This document shows, one piece after another, positions 28,834-35,535 of a stretch of 64,000 nucleotides of DNA. A model generated the notes under the pieces. The model worked only from the letters and a program-made list of their open reading frames with translations, was not told where the DNA came from and did not search any database. Source of the DNA: a virus; the IMG/VR virus record IMGVR_UViG_3300033149_007571, positions 20,822 to 84,821 of that record. The stretch is one strand, 5' to 3'. Made by a program: the position numbers and the translations under genes. Position 1 is the first letter of the stretch, and each line of letters starts with the position of its first letter.

Positions 28834-30249
28834 TGGGCTATTGGTTAGAAGATGCTGATGAACGATGGTTGGGAGACTTTGCTACGAACAAGGGTATTAT
28901 GGATATGCGTCGTGATGGTCCTGATTCGTTGATAGAGTTCCTCGATATGGGAGAGGCTGACGATGACCTGATCGAGAAGATCATAGCAGATGTGGAGAAG
29001 TCCAAGATTTTGGAGTATATTGCCAAAATGCTTCAGGGAGTGAAAGCCCCGGTTTTTGTCACGGATGGTTGTGGTGAGGTCGAGGGGGGTGTGAAGCATC
29101 TTCCTGGCCAACACGATCAGAGTACTCATGGAAGGGGAAAAAGACGAGGGACTTTGTCTGAAACATTGGAGGTTGTGAAGAAGGGAACAGGATACGACGA
29201 AAAGACAATTAGAGATGCAATGACTGGCGATTGTTCAGCGAACAATCCGGCTCGTGCGAAGGTGAGAGCAAAGGTGGTAGGGGCTATTTACGCTAGTGGA
29301 ACTATGCAGAAGGATGCTGTAATGGATGTTCTCGATGGCGATAGTTTCGCGGCGAAGAAGAGATTGATAGAGAAGAAGACCATAGGAAATAAAAACGAGG
29401 CAGTCAAAGAGTTGGCAACTGTTCCAGAGTACGATCTGCACGTGGTGGGGAAGATCATTGTGATGGACCATCCTATGCTGGGCGAGGCTATGTGTGACAT
29501 GGCAACGAGAGATCTGACAATGGGTGCTAATACGCGATCAGGCTCGTACCGTCATGAGTTAGGCCACGCTGTGAGGTCTGCGATGGGTGGTGATTCCTAT
29601 CTGAGCAAACGGGTGATAACGAGAGCAGTGAATAAAGAGTATGGGAAGGTCGAAAAGAGAATTGCCAAGAATCCCGCAGGTGTGGAGAAGAAACTAAGTC
29701 ACGAGTGGTATGAGAAAAACTATGGGGTTGCGGGTAGGAGATCGCTTGATCATTGGGAAGAGAATTTTGCTGAGCATTATCGTTTGTATCATCGAGAAAT
29801 ATACAGAGATCGGCATGAAGGTGGGGGTGGTAAGCATCTAGCTCAGTATCGAGAACGTCATTCGGGAATGGCAAAGATATTTGATGCTTGGTACACAGGA
29901 GCATTACTCGGGAGAGAACTATCTAAGTAGCGAAGGGTGTGGAATGGCGATTGGTATTTTCAATAAGCATATCTTGGTTGGGGTAGAAGAGAACGGAGAG
30001 ATCCGTCCCGAAGACAACGGGTTCGGTAAGAAGTTAGATAGTTGGTTGAAAAATGGAGTTCCTGGGTTAGTCTCGTCGATGAGAGGAGATAAGATCATAG
30101 AAAAGGAGAGGACGATAGCGACCGATCATCCTTTGTTCGGTTTGGCGTTATTAGAACATTTCGAGCGTATCGGTTGGGAGGTGAAGGAGATCAAAGGTGA
30201 TGGGAGAGGTACGAAGCACCTCGTTCATGATCAGAGTACACACGGTAGG
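27556..30249 (+). repeat. Four copies of the K-HLPGxHDQS(S/T)HGR peptide motif (27556-27597, 28369-28410, 29094-29135, 30214-30249)
   Basis: KHLPGRHDQSSHGR x2, KHLPGQHDQSTHGR and KHLVHDQSTHGR read directly from three consecutive ORFs. Confidence 0.95.
28833..29930 (+). CDS. Acidic N-domain + motif + zinc metallopeptidase (HExxH, lethal-factor-like) effector
   Basis: YRHELGHAV at 29547-29573 and downstream WEENFAEHY third-ligand motif. Confidence 0.72.
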   Translation: MGYWLEDADERWLGDFATNKGIMDMRRDGPDSLIEFLDMGEADDDLIEKIIADVEKSKILEYIAKMLQGVKAPVFVTDGCGEVEGGVKHLPGQHDQSTHGRGKRRGTLSETLEVVKKGTGYDEKTIRDAMTGDCSANNPARAKVRAKVVGAIYASGTMQKDAVMDVLDGDSFAAKKRLIEKKTIGNKNEAVKELATVPEYDLHVVGKIIVMDHPMLGEAMCDMATRDLTMGANTRSGSYRHELGHAVRSAMGGDSYLSKRVITRAVNKEYGKVEKRIAKNPAGVEKKLSHEWYEKNYGVAGRRSLDHWEENFAEHYRLYHREIYRDRHEGGGGKHLAQYRERHSGMAKIFDAWYTGALLGRELSK

Positions 30250-32484
30250 AAGATGGGCGCTCACCCAGGTTGGCCAGTAACCGAGACTGTGGACACGACG
30301 AAATGGCCAGCTCATAATGTGGCGGCTAAATATGCGGCTAAGAAAATTGCGAAAATCGAGAAGGCTGCAGCAGAAGGTGATTGGGATTTTGTTCTTTCTG
30401 TTCACATCAAATCGAAAGTGCCTAACTCGTATCAGAAGGGGATTCTGAAGGCCAAAGAGGTTGTATTAGCAAAACATCAGAAGAAGTCGGCAACTCAGCC
30501 AAAGGCCGACGGATTGAAGTACGAAGGCAAATACGTTAATGCCGACGGATGGAAGAAAGTGTCGGGGAAGCTCGGTACGCAGGAGGGTGGAAAGTTTGTG
30601 GCAGACGATGGCAAGACATACTATGTCAAGTTCCCGAGTGATCCAAAGATAGCAGTCAATGAATTGATTACAAATAAGTTGTATGAAGCAGCAGGATCTC
30701 CTGTGGCAAAGGCCCACCTCGTTAAGAGGAATGGCGAGGTCGGTTTTGCTTCTGAGTGGATATCAGATGCACAGAAAGCTAAATGGGGCACCCATGAGCA
30801 TAGGGATTTGGCGGCCCAGGATTTTGCCACTCACGCTTGGTTAGCGAATTGGGATTGCGTTGGTCATGTTTCCGAGATGGATAACATTCGTGTTGTTGGG
30901 AGTGGTCCGAATGCAAAAGCATTGACGGTAGATGTTGGCGGAGGAATGTTCTATAGAGCGCAGGGGGCTGAGAAGACGTTTGGCGCCAAGGTAGCGGAGT
31001 GGGACACCTTGAGGGATCAGTCCATTAATCCGTCTGGTGCTAAAGTTTTTGGTAACATGACAAAGCAGCAGTTACTAGCTAGCGCTCAGAAGGTGACCAA
31101 CGTTAGCGATGAAGTCATCGACGGGATTTGCCAGAAGTATGGAGGGATGCATGGGTTGAAGACGCCTGCTACGTTGGCGACTCGATTGAAGAAGAGGCGT
31201 GATGCTATTGAAGATAGGATGCTCAATTTAATGGGTTCTGCATCTCCCAAGAAAGTGCCCAAGCCCAAACCCGGACTCGTTCAAACGCCTGAAGGGAAGT
31301 TGGCAAAATCCGTTCCGATTGGACCAACTGTTAAATCTCCTCCAACGATCAATTCGAAGTATAACGGACCTATCTATCAGCCTAAATTCAACAAGCTCCA
31401 CGAATTGGCATCGCAAGGGAAGTGGGATGAGGTTGCTAATTTCAAGACTAACCCAAACGCGAAACAGTGCTATGCTAAGAAGCTGCATCAATACAAGCAA
31501 GATCTGTTACAAGCTGCTGGTCAGGGTGGAAAGGTTGAAAAGGCGACGACCCCTGTAAAATCTAAGTATGGGAAAGCCCCGAAAATAGACACTAGTCTAT
31601 TTCCGGAAGAACCTGTCTTTGTCTCAAAAGATCAAGCTCATATTGCTCAAAACAAAGCTGCGGTGAAGACGGCATTGAAGTATGCCAAGGCTGGGGACGT
31701 TGATGCTTTGAAAGGGATGGAGTTGCCTCCAAGTCCAAAGTTGAAAGCATTCCACGAAGATTTAGTTATGAGTCTCTCGTCTCAGCTTCACCCATCTCCT
31801 CCAGCGAAGAAACTTAGTAAATCGTTAGCGAAGATTGACAAGTTGGCTGCTCCTATTGTGGGATCGAAGGGGAGGAGCCATCAGTCAAAAGTGGGTAAGT
31901 ATCTTGTGCTTGGGGAAGCAAATCCGGTACCATCGAGTCTGAAAGTGGTGGAGGGTGAATGGCTAGAGCCTTCTTGGTCAGCAGGGAAGAGTTCGTATAA
32001 CAAGCTGTCTGATGCCGAACGAGATGCTGTCGTGGATTACACAGGAGGTGGTTATGATTCTATGAACAAGAGACTTCGCGGTCATGGAAAGTTGCAAGCA
32101 CACGATTTGAATGCTGCTAGGGGAGTGACCAAGGCTGCTATTGATCTGACGCCTGGTAAGTTGCTAAGTCGCAAGCACAACCTTAGTCCAAAGAGTGCAA
32201 AAGCCTTACTAAAATCGGTGGGGAAAGTGATTCAGGATAGGGGGATCGTCAGTACATCCACAAGTCCGTATGTTTGGTCAGGGAATGTTGTTTGGAAGTT
32301 GAAAGTTGGTCCTGGTGTGAAAGGATTGCCTTCTAGACTCTTTAGTGACAACGCACCCGAAGATGAGGTAATCCTTCCGCCAAATACGAGATATTTGGTG
32401 ACGAAGGCTAAAGAGAAAGATGGAATATACCATATGGAAGGAGTGATTCTTCCCTTCCATCCTTCACAATGTTGTCCTCCATAG
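29944..32484 (+). CDS. N-domain + motif + HipA/PI3K-like kinase + R-S-E ADP-ribosyltransferase effector
   Basis: Kinase: LGTQEGG..YYVK, NELITNKLY, WLANWD, DNI, VDVGG. ART: YTGGGYDSMNKRLR, LSRK, VSTS, EDEVILP. Confidence 0.8.
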   Translation: MAIGIFNKHILVGVEENGEIRPEDNGFGKKLDSWLKNGVPGLVSSMRGDKIIEKERTIATDHPLFGLALLEHFERIGWEVKEIKGDGRGTKHLVHDQSTHGRKMGAHPGWPVTETVDTTKWPAHNVAAKYAAKKIAKIEKAAAEGDWDFVLSVHIKSKVPNSYQKGILKAKEVVLAKHQKKSATQPKADGLKYEGKYVNADGWKKVSGKLGTQEGGKFVADDGKTYYVKFPSDPKIAVNELITNKLYEAAGSPVAKAHLVKRNGEVGFASEWISDAQKAKWGTHEHRDLAAQDFATHAWLANWDCVGHVSEMDNIRVVGSGPNAKALTVDVGGGMFYRAQGAEKTFGAKVAEWDTLRDQSINPSGAKVFGNMTKQQLLASAQKVTNVSDEVIDGICQKYGGMHGLKTPATLATRLKKRRDAIEDRMLNLMGSASPKKVPKPKPGLVQTPEGKLAKSVPIGPTVKSPPTINSKYNGPIYQPKFNKLHELASQGKWDEVANFKTNPNAKQCYAKKLHQYKQDLLQAAGQGGKVEKATTPVKSKYGKAPKIDTSLFPEEPVFVSKDQAHIAQNKAAVKTALKYAKAGDVDALKGMELPPSPKLKAFHEDLVMSLSSQLHPSPPAKKLSKSLAKIDKLAAPIVGSKGRSHQSKVGKYLVLGEANPVPSSLKVVEGEWLEPSWSAGKSSYNKLSDAERDAVVDYTGGGYDSMNKRLRGHGKLQAHDLNAARGVTKAAIDLTPGKLLSRKHNLSPKSAKALLKSVGKVIQDRGIVSTSTSPYVWSGNVVWKLKVGPGVKGLPSRLFSDNAPEDEVILPPNTRYLVTKAKEKDGIYHMEGVILPFHPSQCCPP

Positions 32485-32493
32485 GAGAGCGTT

Positions 32494-33012
32494 ATGGCAA
32501 ACGAGCAATCAGGTGTACGGGATATGGGAAGTGAGTTCCTGTTTGTGGAAGCACTCAAATCCATTCAGGAGAACGAGCAGAGGGGATGGCTTGGCGATAA
32601 ATACGTTGTCGAATCGATCTTACGGAATGCTTTGTTCCAAGTGCTTGATGGGCTTCCCCAACTAGCCGAGAAGGGTATGAAGGTAAGTGACTTCGCTTAC
32701 AGGGTTGGAGCGAGGGAGATGAGAGTATTTCTGAGAGAGAACTCTCAAGGGCATAAGGGTGTGAGGGGGTGGAATGTACCAGGAGGTGTTGATGTTTTTG
32801 CTGCTAAATGGGTAGGCGTTGATGCCGATCGTCCTATCGAAAGGCTGATCGGAGTGTTCCTGGAGATGGTGAGTGAGGCTTTGGAAATTGAGAATCAAGC
32901 CCAAAACGGCGAGTCGGCAGAGCAATGGATGTGGCAAGTTGATGAGTTGTTGGAAAGATATGCTTTCATTTTAATTGGGATCTCTCCGGCAGATCAGGTT
33001 GTTTTGCTATGA
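32494..33012 (+). CDS. Acidic helical protein, putative immunity protein for the upstream effector
   Basis: Directly follows the ART gene with AGGAG RBS; function inferred from position only. Confidence 0.55.
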   Translation: MANEQSGVRDMGSEFLFVEALKSIQENEQRGWLGDKYVVESILRNALFQVLDGLPQLAEKGMKVSDFAYRVGAREMRVFLRENSQGHKGVRGWNVPGGVDVFAAKWVGVDADRPIERLIGVFLEMVSEALEIENQAQNGESAEQWMWQVDELLERYAFILIGISPADQVVLL

Positions 33013-33212
33013 TTGACGAGATTGACAGTATCTTCTCTAAGGAGAGGGATCGGGTAATCCGATCGGTTTTGCAGAGTAAAGCTAAGCGCAACAAGCCGTG
33101 TCCTTGTGGGTCTGGTATGAAGTTCAAACATTGTTGTTTGAGAAAGATTCGAGATGAGCAGAACCAACGGACGAGGAGATCTCCGTCACGGGGATCGTCT
33201 ATTACCAAGTAG
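33009..33212 (+). CDS. SEC-C metal-binding motif protein
   Basis: RNKPCPCGSGMKFKHCC. Confidence 0.8.
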   Translation: MIDEIDSIFSKERDRVIRSVLQSKAKRNKPCPCGSGMKFKHCCLRKIRDEQNQRTRRSPSRGSSITK

Positions 33213-33489
33213 CAAGGAAGTGAGATCATTGTTGGTGGAGATGCAACCGAGGTTTCTCGCCATTTGCGAATTGTATGGAAGAGCCTTTGGCGGGCAACCT
33301 CTGCAGATACCGAAAGATCTTGAACCTCACTTTATTCGATGGAGGCAGGTAACCGTTCGCCATCGTGGTGGAGACATACGAAATACCGAGTCCGAGTGGA
33401 AATCAATGAAGTTAATCGCTCAGTGGATTATCGATGTCAATTGCAAACTGAGAGGTCAAAGGCCGAAGAAGCTCATTTGGACGGAGTAA
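33154..33489 (+). CDS. Hypothetical protein
   Basis: ORF in the operon; start uncertain. Confidence 0.55.
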   Translation: MSRTNGRGDLRHGDRLLPSSKEVRSLLVEMQPRFLAICELYGRAFGGQPLQIPKDLEPHFIRWRQVTVRHRGGDIRNTESEWKSMKLIAQWIIDVNCKLRGQRPKKLIWTE

Positions 33490-33505
33490 TAGGAGGTTTG
33501 GTTTT

Positions 33506-33739
33506 ATGTGGACGAAGATGCCGAAGATTGCTAACATACAATGTCATCGTCTTCGATTCGAGAAGGGTGACAAAATCATCGTTCGTGTGTATGGAGAGTT
33601 AAGCCAAGAACAGAAGCACAAATTAAGGGATTCCGTGCAGAAGTGGGCTGGAGACGTCGAAGTGCTAATTGTGGATACACGGAAGTTTGATATAGAGGTG
33701 GAAAAAGCATGCCAGAAAACCAAGTTATTCGTGCCTTGA
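33506..33739 (+). CDS. Hypothetical protein
   Basis: AGGAGG RBS. Confidence 0.6.
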   Translation: MWTKMPKIANIQCHRLRFEKGDKIIVRVYGELSQEQKHKLRDSVQKWAGDVEVLIVDTRKFDIEVEKACQKTKLFVP

Positions 33740-33972
33740 AGCACAACGACGAATCACTAAAGGAGTTCCTTGCGGCTCTCCAGGACTTCAATCAAATGTT
33801 CTGCGATGCTATAGCTGATGGCATTGATTTTACAATTAAATTGGAAGTGCGTGGAAACGTTGGAGAGATGTTACATGCTCGGGTCTATACGGACCGATGG
33901 AGAAGACCGAATGGGGTGGAGAGGAAGATTGAGCAGAAACAGCGGAGATTAAAACTTTCCAATGTTTCTTAA
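33709..33972 (+). CDS. Hypothetical protein
   Basis: GAGGTGG RBS; ends just before the promoter. Confidence 0.6.
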   Translation: MPENQVIRALKHNDESLKEFLAALQDFNQMFCDAIADGIDFTIKLEVRGNVGEMLHARVYTDRWRRPNGVERKIEQKQRRLKLSNVS

Positions 33973-33979
33973 ATTCCCC

Positions 33980-34008
33980 TTGTCGGGAACGGGGGAATCC
34001 CTTATAAT
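33980..34008 (+). promoter_or_regulatory. Sigma70-type promoter for the head/tail operon with overlapping inverted repeat
   Basis: TTGTCG-17 bp-TATAAT; ATTCCCC (33973-33979) / GGGGAAT (33992-33998) palindrome brackets the -35. Confidence 0.7.
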
Positions 34009-34057
34009 TCGGAAGATTGAAAAGAAGTAAACGTCCAGGCGTTCTGAAATAGCAGGA

Positions 34058-34107
34058 GCCGCGGCGTACTAACCCCTCAGAGCAGGGTTCGTACCCCGCG
34101 GTTTTTT
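34058..34107 (+). terminator. Leader (attenuator-like) intrinsic terminator
   Basis: Stem CCGCGG-GTAC-AACCC / GGGTT-GTAC-CCGCGG followed by T6, about 50-100 nt downstream of the promoter. Confidence 0.7.
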
Positions 34108-34124
34108 ATATGGGAGAAGACGAG

Positions 34125-34769
34125 ATGAGAGTAGCTTTTGGTTTAGGAGCGGCGACGGGTTTGGCAAGCCGGGTTTTGACGATCACCCGGATGCCTAGAG
34201 CCGGTGACGTGCTTCCAATTGCCCCTCAGTACAATGCCAACGTGGGGGCTGCGGCAACCACGGCCGTGGTTACAGGACTCCCTGAAAACACGATGTGGCA
34301 GGCACGACTTCGAGACACACTTACTGACGGGACAGTGAATTCGCCAGATAGTGTTTTGAATTTCCACACGGGAACAAATTTCTTTCCCGGTCCTGCTGAC
34401 AACGAAACGGGACGGTTACGGATTCTCTGGATGGAAGACGAATCGAGTTCGAGTAGCTCTTCGAGTGTGTCGAGCGAAAGTAGTTCTTCGTGGTCGAGCC
34501 ATTCGTCTTCGTCAAGCTCGAGCAGCAGTTCTTCGGTGACATCGAGTTCTAGTAGTTCTTCGGTGACATCGAGTTCTAGTAGTTCTTCGGTGACATCGAG
34601 TTCTAGTAGTTCTTCGGTGACATCGAGTTCTAGTAGTCCTTCGAGTGCTTCTAGCACGTCGAGTTCATCGGAATCGTCGAGTAGCCCTTCGAGCTCGCAA
34701 AGCTCGATGTCGAGTGCCTCCAGTACGTCGAGCAGTTCCGTAAGTAGTTCGTCTTGGTCGTCTGCGTGA
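34125..34769 (+). CDS. Putative virion protein: beta-sandwich (Fn3-like) domain + ~108-aa poly-Ser tail
   Basis: VVTGLPENTMWQARL Fn3-like strand; EDE followed by Ser-rich tail ending WSSA. Confidence 0.7.
   Translation: MRVAFGLGAATGLASRVLTITRMPRAGDVLPIAPQYNANVGAAATTAVVTGLPENTMWQARLRDTLTDGTVNSPDSVLNFHTGTNFFPGPADNETGRLRILWMEDESSSSSSSSVSSESSSSWSSHSSSSSSSSSSSVTSSSSSSSVTSSSSSSSVTSSSSSSSVTSSSSSPSSASSTSSSSESSSSPSSSQSSMSSASSTSSSSVSSSSWSSA
34530..34637 (+). repeat. 27-bp tandem repeat x4 (encodes SSVTSSSSS)
   Basis: TCTTCGGTGACATCGAGTTCTAGTAGT, four exact copies. Confidence 0.97.
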
Positions 34770-35233
34770 TGGGAAGACTTGTAGACAGATGGAATAGGCA
34801 CGTTAGAATGCCACGACCTAATGTGCCTGACACGGTTACTTTGGAAGATGAGATATTACTTTTGAACCCTGGACGAAGCATAGGGAGGAAAGTGATGACG
34901 GCGACGTCTGTAACAATGAATCGGCATGCCATTGTGGACCTGGCCCTCTTCGGTCCCGCCGATAAGATAGAGGCCGTGTTTCGACAGTTATATCCGACAA
35001 TGAAAAAGCTGAGGTTGCTCCGATTTGTGGATAAGGCCCAAGCATTCGTGGAGCCGCCTGACGGCTTGGGGTCTTGGCCCCAACTCCATGATACGATGAG
35101 ATGGTTGGACAGCCTAACGCGAAACGCGGAGCATAAGGATGACCGTTTGTTTCTTCTTCGGTTGTACAAAACACTTTTGTCTCGGGTTCGTCCCGAAGTA
35201 ATTGAAGACCTACAGAAAGGCGGAGGCCACTAA
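34769..35233 (+). CDS. Hypothetical protein
   Basis: TGATG coupling with the upstream gene. Confidence 0.6.
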   Translation: MGRLVDRWNRHVRMPRPNVPDTVTLEDEILLLNPGRSIGRKVMTATSVTMNRHAIVDLALFGPADKIEAVFRQLYPTMKKLRLLRFVDKAQAFVEPPDGLGSWPQLHDTMRWLDSLTRNAEHKDDRLFLLRLYKTLLSRVRPEVIEDLQKGGGH

Positions 35234-35535
35234 TGCCTTTTCTCAGCTACGAGCGGTTGCTGCTAGCTGGTGGTGGGGTGGTTCATACAGGAGCCGCCTT
35301 AACGTTTCCTAGCCCCTGCCAACGGGTGATGATCCAAGCAGATGGCGGAGACATCCGATACACATTGGATGGAAGCAATCCGAATGGGGTGCCAGGACGT
35401 GGAATGATTCTCTATAATGGAGAAGCTCCAGTGTGGTTTGAACGGGAAGATTTGGTTAATTTTCGGTTTTGTCGTTCAGTACCAGCAACCGCGACGTATT
35501 TGAACGTTCATTACTATGCTCCGAGGGATGTGTGA
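35233..35535 (+). CDS. Small beta-rich virion/decoration-like protein
   Basis: VMIQADGGDIRYTLDGSNP...GMIL. Confidence 0.6.
   Translation: MPFLSYERLLLAGGGVVHTGAALTFPSPCQRVMIQADGGDIRYTLDGSNPNGVPGRGMILYNGEAPVWFEREDLVNFRFCRSVPATATYLNVHYYAPRDV

Noticed and set aside
27556-30249. Motif copies as DNA-level recombination sites or intein/intron ends
   Set aside because: Heavy synonymous divergence with peptide conservation; no intein C/S...HN termini or intron features. Occasional recombination at the motif is still possible
34530-34637. Possible CRISPR array
   Set aside because: Units are contiguous with no spacers, lie in frame within a CDS, and no cas genes are present
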